The translations under genes were made by a program, and so were the position numbers. From contig NC_020304.1 in the NCBI RefSeq assembly GCF_000341395.1, positions 2,970,001 to 3,002,000 of the forward strand: 32,000 bases of DNA, written 5' to 3'. This document shows, in pieces, positions 9,475-18,170 of the stretch. The notes under the pieces are model-generated. The model saw nothing but the letters and a program-made list of their open reading frames with translations. It made no database searches and had not been told where the DNA came from. This stretch comes from Desulfocapsa sulfexigens DSM 10523 (lineage in GTDB: Bacteria; Desulfobacterota; Desulfobulbia; Desulfobulbales; Desulfocapsaceae). Every line of letters begins with the position of its first letter. The first letter of the stretch is position 1.

Positions 9475-11003
9475 GTAAATATACTAAATCCGTAGTGGCT
9501 TCAGGGCATCCTCTGGTCAGTGAAGCAGCAGCAATTATCCTGAGAGAAGGAGGTAATGCATTTGATGCAGTTGTCGCAGCTGGCTTTGCCTCAAGTGGTG
9601 TTGAACCTGCATTGAACAGTCTGGGTGGTGGCGGTTTGCTTCTTGGCCATTCGGCAGCAAATGGACAGAATCTGTTTTTCGATTTTTTTGTTGATACTCC
9701 CGGGCTTGGTTTGCAAAATCCCGTTGAGAAACCACATTTTTTTCCAGTAACGGTACAGTTTTCTGGAAGCAAACAGGATTTCAATGTGGGGCTTGGCTCG
9801 GTAGCGGTTCCCGGAACCTTAAAAGGACTGCTTCATATCCATAAACGTCTTGGATACATGGACTTAGCCTCGGTTGTGGCACCTGCTGTCCAATATGCAA
9901 AAAAGCATATTCTCAATGTAAAACAGGCTTATTTCTTAAAACTCCTTCGTCCAATCATGACCCTTTCTTCTAAAGGAAGAGAAATATATGAACCTGGAGG
10001 AAGCTACCTTCAGGAAGGCAGCTTCCTCACGAATCCTGAGCTTGCAGCTTTTATAGAACATGTTTCAAGGGATGGCGGTAAAGAGTTTTATAATGGGGAG
10101 ATAGCCAGAAAAATTGGAAAAGAGATGCAGGAAGAAGACGGCCTTCTTACAGTTACCGATCTGGCATCTTTTGAGGTAAGGGAAAGAACCCCTCTGAAGG
10201 TGCCCTTTCGGAAGTATGACTTCTTCACCTCCCCGGCACCCTCAATGGGGGGGGCACTTATCGGGCTATCCTTATCGCTGCAATCGCTATGCACAACAGG
10301 CCAACCCCAATATGCGTTTGGCAGTGGAGAGTATTTGATTCATACGACAGGGCTGATGCAGGAGGTTGAGCGAGTGCGGGAAAAGGGGGTTTTCAATGCC
10401 TCGGATTTAGAGAATTTTTTACGTTCCGACAGGAGTCAAGAGAGCGTTAAACGTATCAGGATGTTCTCTCGTGGAACCACCCATATATCCATAGCTGATA
10501 AGCAGGGGAACTGTGCTTCCATGACCTGTTCAAATGGTGAGGGTGCCGGTTACTTTGCGCCTGGCACCGGCGTGATGCTGAACAACATGATGGGTGAGGA
10601 CGATCTCCACCCTGATGGATTTCATTCCAGTCCTCCCGGACAGCGTGTGGGATCAATGATGTCCCCATCCCTGCTTATTAAAGACAATGAGGTCAAACTT
10701 GTCATTGGCAGTGGTGGCTCAAAACGGATTCGAACTGCAGTCACTCAGGTTCTTGGCCAGATAGTTGATTTTAAGAGGTCTCTTCAAGAAGCGGTTGATG
10801 CTCCACGAATACATTGGGACGGAGAGACTGTCCAGATGGAACCTGGTTTTGCTGAAGATGGCGTTGAAAAATTGAGGGAACATGCCAGCGTGAATGAGTG
10901 GAACTCACAGGGGGTTTATTTTGGAGGAGTTCACGCTGTGATACCTGGAATGGAAGGGGCAGCAGACAAACGACGTGGGGGCAAGGTTCTTGAGATAGTG
11001 TAA
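9471..11003 (+). CDS. ggt: Gamma-glutamyltransferase
   Basis: About 510 aa. N-term SVVASGHPLVSEAAAIILREGGNAFDAVVAAGFA, processing Thr region GTTHISIADKQGNCASMTCSNGEGAG, GGSGGSKRI-like motif (GSGGSKRIRTAVTQV). The ATG at 9471 gives an ATGA overlap with the upstream stop; the track used TTG at 9465. Confidence 0.93.
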   Translation: MSKYTKSVVASGHPLVSEAAAIILREGGNAFDAVVAAGFASSGVEPALNSLGGGGLLLGHSAANGQNLFFDFFVDTPGLGLQNPVEKPHFFPVTVQFSGSKQDFNVGLGSVAVPGTLKGLLHIHKRLGYMDLASVVAPAVQYAKKHILNVKQAYFLKLLRPIMTLSSKGREIYEPGGSYLQEGSFLTNPELAAFIEHVSRDGGKEFYNGEIARKIGKEMQEEDGLLTVTDLASFEVRERTPLKVPFRKYDFFTSPAPSMGGALIGLSLSLQSLCTTGQPQYAFGSGEYLIHTTGLMQEVERVREKGVFNASDLENFLRSDRSQESVKRIRMFSRGTTHISIADKQGNCASMTCSNGEGAGYFAPGTGVMLNNMMGEDDLHPDGFHSSPPGQRVGSMMSPSLLIKDNEVKLVIGSGGSKRIRTAVTQVLGQIVDFKRSLQEAVDAPRIHWDGETVQMEPGFAEDGVEKLREHASVNEWNSQGVYFGGVHAVIPGMEGAADKRRGGKVLEIV

Positions 11004-11082
11004 TGAGGAGCGGGGTGGGTAGAAAGTACCCACCATGTTGCCAGGGTGAGTAAAAAAGAATCATTTCTTTCAATGATATATG

Positions 11083-11108
11083 AGCTTTTTCGAAAAGCTT
11101 GCTTTTTT
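11083..11108 (+). terminator. Candidate weak intrinsic terminator after ggt
   Basis: Inverted repeat AGCTTTT-tcg-AAAAGCT followed by TGCTTTTTTG. Confidence 0.4.
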
Positions 11109-11210
11109 GTTTTGTTGTTAAAACAGTAGTATATGATTTGTTTTGTAGTTCTGGCATATATCTTGGAATAAAGGATTGAAAATGTACTTCATTTTTCTTC
11201 CCCTCCCTTT

Positions 11211-11244
11211 GCCCCTCTGGTCGGTTCCAGAGGGGCTTTTTTTT
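11211..11244 (+). terminator. Intrinsic terminator
   Basis: Perfect 10-bp stem GCCCCTCTGG-tcggtt-CCAGAGGGGC followed by a run of T. Confidence 0.9.
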
Positions 11245-11389
11245 ACTTCTTTTTTTTACGGCCTTTAAAAATTGAGCAGATCAGTTGTTTTTCCTCATGA
11301 CGTGTTGTCGTGTTTCTGACGGTACTACATGTTGTGTATTTACTGCTAATGGAACTTGACATATATCAATCGTCCCGCTAGAATAAGAG

Positions 11390-11555
11390 TATGTTCAGGT
11401 GTCCGTAAAAAGACTGAAAAGGGAACTTCGTGTAAATCGAAGACGGGCCCGCCGCTGTAACCGGAAAATATTCTGCATTTGCCACTGACTTGTTTCTAAT
11501 TAGTTGGGAAGGCGCAGGGTGAGAAGTATCCGGAAGTCAGAAAACCTTCCTGGAT
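11390..11555 (+). promoter_or_regulatory. Cobalamin (AdoCbl) riboswitch aptamer
   Basis: Ordered conserved elements: AGGTG, GAAAAGGGAAC, GTGTAAATCGAAGACGGGCCCGCCGCTGTAACCGG, GCCACTGACT, GGGAAGGCGCAGG, and the B12-box-like GAAGTCAGAAAACCTTCCTGG. Confidence 0.93.
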
Positions 11556-11616
11556 TAATAGTGGTGATTATCGTCGTGGATTATCGATAATGAACTTATC
11601 TTGTGGATATATAGGG

Positions 11617-11660
11617 AAATCCTCAGATTTGAATGTAGTGTTCAGTCTGGGGATTTTTTT
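11617..11660 (+). terminator. Riboswitch expression-platform intrinsic terminator
   Basis: 11-bp stem AAATCCTCAGA / TCTGGGGATTT (one G-U pair) followed directly by T residues, 60 nt after the aptamer. Confidence 0.75.
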
Positions 11661-11704
11661 ATTCCCAGGCGACTGACCAGGTAATGCCTGAGGAGAAATG
11701 GATT

Positions 11705-11797
11705 ATGACCTTGCGTGAACGGAGTTTGACAAAGATGTATCTGTACCGGATAACTGATTGGGATGCCTTTCAGCGGATAATGCGGAACCTCTTGTAA
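11705..11797 (+). CDS. Short ORF (30 aa) downstream of the cobalamin riboswitch
   Basis: MTLRERSLTKMYLYRITDWDAFQRIMRNLL. The start is preceded by TGAGGAG with 9-nt spacing. Too short for the supplied ORF track. Confidence 0.4.
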   Translation: MTLRERSLTKMYLYRITDWDAFQRIMRNLL

Positions 11798-11814
11798 AAG
11801 AAGAAGATTGCATG

Positions 11815-11855
11815 AAAAAGAGGAGCTTTGTGATGCATTGCAGGCTCCTCTTTTT
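11815..11855. terminator. Bidirectional intrinsic terminator between the riboswitch unit and feoB
   Basis: Perfect 12-bp stem AAAAAGAGGAGC / GCTCCTCTTTTT, which has poly-T in either orientation. It lies 10 nt beyond the feoB 3' end. Confidence 0.85.
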
Positions 11856-11865
11856 ATGATTACTT

Positions 11866-14085
11866 CTACCCGAAAAAAGTTCCAATCTGAAAGACAGCTA
11901 CGGAGGCAAGAAAGGCAAATCCAGTATTAAAAGCCATTGAAAAGAAGGCCCATTTCCATGAGGCTTCTTTGGCGATACAGACAACAGTTACAAAACAGGG
12001 AGCGTAGAACATGATGAAGATTAATGCTGATATTGCAACAACGCTGTTCCAGTTTGGGTCCTTCACAAGACGTTGACCGAGGGTGCCCGCATCATCGCTT
12101 TCTATCTCACCCATAGAGTATACCGTACCGAGCGTTGAAATTATCACTTCTTTTGCTGCGAAGCCACCAAGCATTGCAATATTTGTTTTCCAGTCAAAGC
12201 CTGCGTAGCTTGAGACAGGCTCAAAGAACCTGCCAATTTTACCGGCGACTGAATTTCTGAGAGCGGCTGCAGATTCATTCTGATCAATTTTTCTGAGTTT
12301 TTCCAGGAGTTCTGCAGCATCTGCAGAAAGTAATGTTATTTCAGCAGTGATATTTTGGATCTCCTCCTGCACTGTCTTCGGGTAGGTGCTTGTTATCTTA
12401 TCCCGCTCTGTCTGAAAGGTTAGCCGGTCTGACTCCTGAAGACCCGGAAATGTCATCAATGCCCAGAGAAGTATGGATATGGCAAGAATCACTGTTCCCG
12501 CCTTTTTTATATATTGCCAGGTACGCTCCCAGGTGTGAATCAGTAAGCCCTGAAGCGTCGGAAAGCGGTAAGGAGGAAGTTCCATGACAAAGGGAGTGGA
12601 TTCACCCTTAAGTACCGTCATGCGAAGAAATTTTGCTGCCAAAAGGGCAACAAGCCAGGCCAGCATGGTAAAAAGAAACATGTACATGGCCTTGTGGTCG
12701 GAAAAGAATGCACCAATTAAAAGAATAAGAACCGGGACCTTAGCACCACAGTTCATAAAAGGAACGGTAAGCAGAGTGGCCATTCGCTCTTTAGGCGAAC
12801 GCAGTGTTCTGGTGGCCATGACGCCAGGTACGGCGCATCCACCGGCAATACCCCCTGAAACAATAAAGGGCATAACACTTGATCCATGAAGGCCAAATAT
12901 CCGAAATACCCGATCCATCATAAATGCTACTCTTGCCAGATACCCGGAATCTTCGAGCACAGCAATTCCGAAAAACATAAACATGATAAGAGGCACGAAA
13001 CCAAGCACTCCGCCTACACCATCTATAACGCCAGAGATTATCATGGATTTTAACATGCCTTCGGGAAGTGTGTTTTCAACTATCCCTCCAAGCCAGCCAA
13101 ACAATCCTTCCATCCAGGTGACAGGAAGTTCACTCCATGAAAATGTGAATTGATAGAGGCCGAAGAGGATGGCCAGCATAAAGAGCGGGCCAAGCAGACG
13201 ATTTGTTAAAACCTTGTCGATCTTGTCCGAAGTGTATAATCGGTCAATGTCAAATGCGTGGGTCATAACTCCCTGCCTGACTATTGATTTAATAAATCCA
13301 TAACGATGATCTGCGATTATTGCTTCGGGATAAACATCCATGGTCTTAAGCAAATGATCGGATATACTGCCAACGGTTTGTTCAAGCTTTTTTGCAAGTA
13401 AAGGGTCAGCCTCCTGTCCCTTTGTAAGCATCTGATCATCATGCTCAAGGTATTTAATGCCAGTGAAGCGGGGATTGTAATTATTAACAAGAAAGGATGA
13501 TTCATTGATTAGGGTAATGATCTCCATAAGGACCTCATCAAGATCGTCACCATATGAGATGTCTCGTGAAGTCCATATTTTGTCCGATTTGGCAACGTTT
13601 ATTGCCTGTCTGATCAGTTCTTCGGTACCCTCACCGGATCGTGCAACTATCGGTACAACCGTGACCCCGAGAAGCTCGGCAAGTTTCTGCGATTGTATCT
13701 CGATGCCTCTATCTTTCGCCACATCAATCATATTCAGTGCAATGATCAAAGGCACACCCATCTCAAGAAACTGGGTGGTGAGATAGAGGTTTCGTTCGAT
13801 GTTTGATGCGTCGACGATGTTAATAACCACATCGGGTTTCTGTGTTGTCAGGAAGTCACGAGTGACGATTTCTTCAACAGAATAGGCGGTCAGTGAATAG
13901 GTTCCAGGCAGATCTGTGAGTGTAACTTTCTGATCGTCTTGAGTGAAATGGCCTTCTTTATGGGCAACTGTAATGCCGGGATAGTTTCCTACGTGCTGTC
14001 TTGCTCCCGTCAGGCGGTTAAAGAGAGTGGTTTTACCGGCATTCGGGTTGCCGGCCAATGCCATGGTGATTGAATTGTTACTCAT
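11866..14085 (-). CDS. feoB: Ferrous iron transport protein B
   Basis: 739 aa. G-domain GNPNAGKTTLFNRLTGARQHVGNYPGITV, DLPGTYSL, NMIDVA, Gate-type membrane region (FMNCGAKVPVLILL, GSSVMPFIVSGGIAGGCAVPG). Confidence 0.98.
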   Translation of the reverse strand: MSNNSITMALAGNPNAGKTTLFNRLTGARQHVGNYPGITVAHKEGHFTQDDQKVTLTDLPGTYSLTAYSVEEIVTRDFLTTQKPDVVINIVDASNIERNLYLTTQFLEMGVPLIIALNMIDVAKDRGIEIQSQKLAELLGVTVVPIVARSGEGTEELIRQAINVAKSDKIWTSRDISYGDDLDEVLMEIITLINESSFLVNNYNPRFTGIKYLEHDDQMLTKGQEADPLLAKKLEQTVGSISDHLLKTMDVYPEAIIADHRYGFIKSIVRQGVMTHAFDIDRLYTSDKIDKVLTNRLLGPLFMLAILFGLYQFTFSWSELPVTWMEGLFGWLGGIVENTLPEGMLKSMIISGVIDGVGGVLGFVPLIMFMFFGIAVLEDSGYLARVAFMMDRVFRIFGLHGSSVMPFIVSGGIAGGCAVPGVMATRTLRSPKERMATLLTVPFMNCGAKVPVLILLIGAFFSDHKAMYMFLFTMLAWLVALLAAKFLRMTVLKGESTPFVMELPPYRFPTLQGLLIHTWERTWQYIKKAGTVILAISILLWALMTFPGLQESDRLTFQTERDKITSTYPKTVQEEIQNITAEITLLSADAAELLEKLRKIDQNESAAALRNSVAGKIGRFFEPVSSYAGFDWKTNIAMLGGFAAKEVIISTLGTVYSMGEIESDDAGTLGQRLVKDPNWNSVVAISALIFIMFYAPCFVTVVCIAKEASWKWAFFSMAFNTGFAFLASVAVFQIGTFFG

Positions 14086-14193
14086 TTAATTGAACTCGAA
14101 GGAAGTGAATTTCTAAGGTGCTTATAGCTTTCCATGAAGGTTACTCATCTGAGTATCGGCTTTCTTACAGATTGCCGGTATTAGATGTTGTAT

Positions 14194-14367
14194 TCATGAT
14201 TTTTTCTTCTGTGTTTCGCAACTGGTTACTCCACAGCCGCTACACCCACTACTGCAGGAGCAATCCTGGGTAGGGTCAGTAATTCGATGAATTGCGGAGT
14301 ATACCCTTTTTCCGATAAAAAAGAGAGCAATTGCGACAACAAATACGCTGATGAGTGTTTGCCACAT
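14194..14367 (-). CDS. FeoB-associated Cys-rich membrane protein (57 aa)
   Basis: Translation of the minus strand: MWQTLISVFVVAIALFFIGKRVYSAIHRITDPTQDCSCSSGCSGCGVTSCETQKKKS. One TM helix followed by a CxCxxxCxxC cluster. Located between feoB and a feoA-like gene; below the ORF-track length cutoff. Confidence 0.85.
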   Translation of the reverse strand: MWQTLISVFVVAIALFFIGKRVYSAIHRITDPTQDCSCSSGCSGCGVTSCETQKKKS

Positions 14368-14441
14368 GGTAAAACCTGATAGTTAGGGGGTCCTAATTCA
14401 AAAGATTAAAAAAAAAGCAGTATTTTAATACTACTTCTAAC

Positions 14442-14753
14442 CTATACTGATTGAACAATAATGTTATTACTAGTGACTTCGTCAAGGCTGAGGGTTCCAC
14501 CATGAACTTTTAAAAGACACTGAGAACCATTTTGAGGGCAGATCAGTTCCGCCTCCTGTCCGGGGAGTACTCCAAGTGACGCCATTCTGGCGCAGAGTTT
14601 TCTGTCTCCGGTAACCTTACAAATCTTCACCTTGCCTGCCTGAATACTCTTAGAGAGGGGACCGGGGTGGCCATTGCACCGTTCTTCTTGTGTGCATTGT
14701 TGTATTTTTCTGGCAAAACAACCACATTTTTTATTGAGTTCTTTTAAGGTCAT
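14442..14753 (-). CDS. FeoA-domain protein with Cys-rich N-terminal extension
   Basis: 103 aa. C-terminal FeoA SH3-like part (GDRKLCARMASLGVLPGQEAELICPQ...LKVHGGTLSLDEVTSNNIIV). N-terminal CGCFARKIQQCTQEERC. Confidence 0.82.
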   Translation of the reverse strand: MTLKELNKKCGCFARKIQQCTQEERCNGHPGPLSKSIQAGKVKICKVTGDRKLCARMASLGVLPGQEAELICPQNGSQCLLKVHGGTLSLDEVTSNNIIVQSV

Positions 14754-14948
14754 TTCATTCTCCGTGGAAGACTATGTTTAGGTACACCAAACATTATGTA
14801 CTGTCAACTCATTTATCAAGGGTGTGGAGCGGTTTGGAGGGCAGAAAAACCGTGTAATAATAAAAAGGTGGATTCTTGAATGAATAGTGAATATCTATAT
14901 ATAATTCCTTTTTTTATATAAATTATTTGCCGGCCAACCAACAGGAAT

Positions 14949-16124
14949 ATGACTAATAACCAAACGAAACAGCGACTCGGGGAAGCAAAGAAAAGGGCTA
15001 TTGTTTCAATTTGCCTGAATCTTTTCCTTGCGATTGGTAAGGGAATTGCGGGTGTCATGTCTGGATCTGCAGCACTCATTGGAGATGCTGTTAATTCTGC
15101 AACAGATGTTTTCTCCTCCTCCGCCGTGTTTGTAGGGATTCTTGTGGCTGGTAAGAAACATCCCTCTTTCCCATATGGACTTTATAAGGCTGAAACAGTC
15201 GCTGTCCTGGCGACATCTGTTGCTGTTATACTTGCAGGCTATGAAATTGGAAGACAGGCACTCTTTGGAGTAATAAGTTATCCTGATATAAAAATAGCAC
15301 TTCCTGCCGCGGCAATTTCCTTTATGATAGCACTCGGATTCGGATTGATTCAATTTCGTGCAGGTAAAAGGCTCAATTCTCCAGCACTCACGGCAGATGC
15401 CAAAGATTACCTCGCTGATTCTCTTTCTACGGCTGTGGTTCTGGTTAGCCTGATTATTGTTCCCTTCGGGTTTAATGTTGATAGATTTGCAGCAGGGATT
15501 GTAGCTCTTTTTGTCTTTTATGCAGGTGGTCAGTTGTTCGTAGGAGCTTTGAAAGATCTGCTTGATGCTTCAATTGATAGAGAAACGGAAAGGGACATTA
15601 TTCGCTTTGTTGAGAAACATCCTCGTATTAGCAAGGTGAAAAAATGTTTCAGCAGGAATGCGGGTGGGCGTTTTCTTGTGGATATGGATGTGGAATTACG
15701 TACACCATCACACAGGATTGCTGACCTTGTAGCCGATCGTCTGGAAGAAGAGTTGCTGGTGGAATTCCCTGGACTGGTGCTGGCACGCATACGTCCTCAT
15801 TTCGTTTCGGGTGATTTCACGCGCAGAGTGATTCCGGTGCAGAGTCCTGAGGGAGAATTAAGCGTGAAGCATCTGGCTTCGGCACCCTGGTTTCTTATAC
15901 AGACAATAAACAGTGAAACCAAAGAAATAAAAAAACGACAATTCGTTGAGAATCGATACGGTTCAGCTAAAAAGAAAAAGGGGCTGCTGGTGGGACGATG
16001 GCTTCTGAAACTGAAACCGGATGAAGTAGTGGCTGAAGAAAATGAGAGTGTGGCACTTGTTTTACTCAAAGAGGCTGGTGTTGAGATCGTTCATCCCTCA
16101 TCTTTGACGTCAACGACAATGTAG
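14949..16124 (+). CDS. Cation diffusion facilitator transporter with NifX/dinitrogenase-cofactor-like C-terminal domain
   Basis: 391 aa. CDF signatures (GDAVNSATDVFSSSAVFVG, HPSFPYGLYKAETVAVLATS, TADAKDYLADSLSTAVVLVS). C-terminal HLASAPWFLIQTINSETKEIKKRQFVENRYG...GRWLLKLKPDEVVAEENESVALVLLKEAGVEI resembles the Nif cofactor-binding fold. Confidence 0.85.
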   Translation: MTNNQTKQRLGEAKKRAIVSICLNLFLAIGKGIAGVMSGSAALIGDAVNSATDVFSSSAVFVGILVAGKKHPSFPYGLYKAETVAVLATSVAVILAGYEIGRQALFGVISYPDIKIALPAAAISFMIALGFGLIQFRAGKRLNSPALTADAKDYLADSLSTAVVLVSLIIVPFGFNVDRFAAGIVALFVFYAGGQLFVGALKDLLDASIDRETERDIIRFVEKHPRISKVKKCFSRNAGGRFLVDMDVELRTPSHRIADLVADRLEEELLVEFPGLVLARIRPHFVSGDFTRRVIPVQSPEGELSVKHLASAPWFLIQTINSETKEIKKRQFVENRYGSAKKKKGLLVGRWLLKLKPDEVVAEENESVALVLLKEAGVEIVHPSSLTSTTM

Positions 16125-16333
16125 TCAGCTTCATCATTGCGCAGTGTAAGTGTACCGCCCATTACTCGCAGTGCAACGGGATCATATAGGGGGGCTCGAC
16201 CCTGAATGGTTATTTCGGTTCCGGGTACAAGTCCCATTTCCCGAATTCTTCTCCCCAGTTCTCCGCCAACTTTCACAGACTTGATTGTTCCGGACTGGTT
16301 TTTTGCCATTTGTCTAAGATTTATTTCGGACAT
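16091..16333 (-). CDS. feoA: Ferrous iron transport protein A
   Basis: 80 aa. SGTIKSVKVGGELGRRIREMGLVPGTEITIQGRAPLYDPVALRVMGGTLTLRNDEADYIVV. Confidence 0.93.
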   Translation of the reverse strand: MSEINLRQMAKNQSGTIKSVKVGGELGRRIREMGLVPGTEITIQGRAPLYDPVALRVMGGTLTLRNDEADYIVVDVKDEG

Positions 16334-16736
16334 TATATTTCACTTACTTTATTAGATTCCACAAAGAAACTGAGGGGCAGGGGATATCGTGAAGCCGTCA
16401 TCTGTACTTCCAACCACTGTCATTAGGTGTTGCTAATTTCTTAATCTTGCCAGGATACTCTGTCAAGAGAGATCTGAGAAAAAAGTTGAGTCAGTGAGTG
16501 AGCCTAACTTCTTAAGGATTTATGCGACCGTCTTGGGAGTGGAAAACCTGATTTTTCCATTCTATCCTATTACTGTTCCTGATATAATAGTGTGTGAAGG
16601 TAAGGAATTGCTGCATAATATGTATGAATTGTGCTTAAATTAAACAGCAAGATTGTTTCATTAAACTCTTTTTATGTTGAAACGAATTGCTATTAGGGGT
16701 GACTACTGCCAAAGAATGTTATTGATTTGAAAAGGT

Positions 16737-17924
16737 TTGCTTATTTCTGGATTGGTGAGGTCGTTTATAATGGGCACAGCAGAAAAATGTATCTGGTACA
16801 TTGAAGGTGGTATGAAGGATGGGAAATGTCTCGATGTCCCTATCCATGTATCACCTTTTTTTATTGGAAGAGATAAGGGGTGTCATCTTAGGGTGAAAGC
16901 TCCAGGTGTATCACGAAAACATGTTCAGCTTGAAGTCAATGGTGAAAAGATTTTTGTTGGAGATATGGGGAGTACCAATGGAACGTTTGTGAATCGTAAC
17001 AAAATTACAAGACAGGTTGAAATCAGATCTGGAGATACTATCCATCTGGGCCAGGAGGAACTCCGCATTACAAGGCGTTGTGATTACAAGAAAAATGATC
17101 CTGTTGCCGATGATATTTTGTATAATTCAACGATTATGATAAATATCAACGATCCGATGTTTGCCCTCAATGACGATTTTGTCCAGCAGGAAAAAGAGTT
17201 CAATCTTATGATAACCAACCGGGAGGTTACCATTGTTTTCCAACCGATAGTTTCCTTGTCTGAGTGCGAGGTTGTCGGTTATGAAGCGCTTGGGCGCGGT
17301 TTCAGAAGCGACCTTCCGGAGTCTCCCTGTGATCTGTTTCGGATCGCCGAAAAACTTGGCAGAGCAAAAGAATTAAGTTCAGTCTTCAGGAGCAGAGCAA
17401 TACAGACTTGTCATGAGCTTCCCGGTGCCCCGTTAATTTTTGTGAATACCCATCCTGTTGAAGACCTGACCACTGGACTTCAAAATAATATTGAAGAGAT
17501 GCGCAGGTTGACTGCTCCCTGGCAGGTGGTACTTGAGGTTCATGAGTCAGCAGTGACTGACACCAGAATGATGCTTGAGCTGAAGGAAATACTTCGAGAT
17601 CATGAAATGTATCTTGCCTATGATGATTTTGGTGCTGGGCAGGCAAGGTGGAATGAACTTGTGGAGGCTCCTCCAGATTATCTCAAATTTGACCTGCAAC
17701 TTATTAGGGACATTCATAAGAAAACAACACAAAAACAGGAAATGGTTCGTAAACTGGTTGATATCTGCCTTGATCAGGGTGCCTATCCATTAGCGGAATG
17801 TGTCGAAAACCATGAAGAACTGGAGGCCTGCAGGCATCTAGGCTTTACTCATGGGCAGGGATGGCTCTTTGGAAAACCAGCCGAAGCATCTTTTTTTGCA
17901 GCTACAAAAAATAAAAAGGCCTGA
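16737..17924 (+). CDS. FHA domain - EAL domain protein, predicted c-di-GMP phosphodiesterase
   Basis: 395 aa. FHA core GRDKGCHLRVKAPGVSRKHVQLEVNGEKIFVGDMGSTNGTFVN. EAL core YEALGRG, FVNTHP, VVLEVHES, YDDFGAGQARWNEL, LKFDLQLI, LAECVEN, GQGWLFGKP. Confidence 0.92.
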   Translation: MLISGLVRSFIMGTAEKCIWYIEGGMKDGKCLDVPIHVSPFFIGRDKGCHLRVKAPGVSRKHVQLEVNGEKIFVGDMGSTNGTFVNRNKITRQVEIRSGDTIHLGQEELRITRRCDYKKNDPVADDILYNSTIMININDPMFALNDDFVQQEKEFNLMITNREVTIVFQPIVSLSECEVVGYEALGRGFRSDLPESPCDLFRIAEKLGRAKELSSVFRSRAIQTCHELPGAPLIFVNTHPVEDLTTGLQNNIEEMRRLTAPWQVVLEVHESAVTDTRMMLELKEILRDHEMYLAYDDFGAGQARWNELVEAPPDYLKFDLQLIRDIHKKTTQKQEMVRKLVDICLDQGAYPLAECVENHEELEACRHLGFTHGQGWLFGKPAEASFFAATKNKKA

Positions 17925-18170
17925 GTTGGTAGTTGTTTTGACTGTACATTCTCGAATTCTATAAGCCTTTAATATGAAGCTTTTATTATAGGTAAAGTGG
18001 TGTATAATAAAGATGTTTCTCAAAATTACCGCTTTTTGTATCTGTTAGCCCTGTAGACGGGGTGTTGCCTGTAGTGAATAATTTGGGAAGTAAGAGATCG
18101 TTTTGGTATACGTTTTTTTTTATAAATAATTAGATAAGAAATCTAAGATAAACTTTTTTAGGAGAACGTC

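Noticed and set aside
11134-11390. Possible additional gene between the ggt terminators and the riboswitch
   Set aside because: No ORF with coding character. The region contains a terminator and is AT-rich leader or promoter-like sequence.
14754-14948. Possible Fur box upstream of the FeoA-like gene
   Set aside because: No convincing match to the GATAATGATAATCATTATC-type consensus could be found by eye, so no site is claimed.
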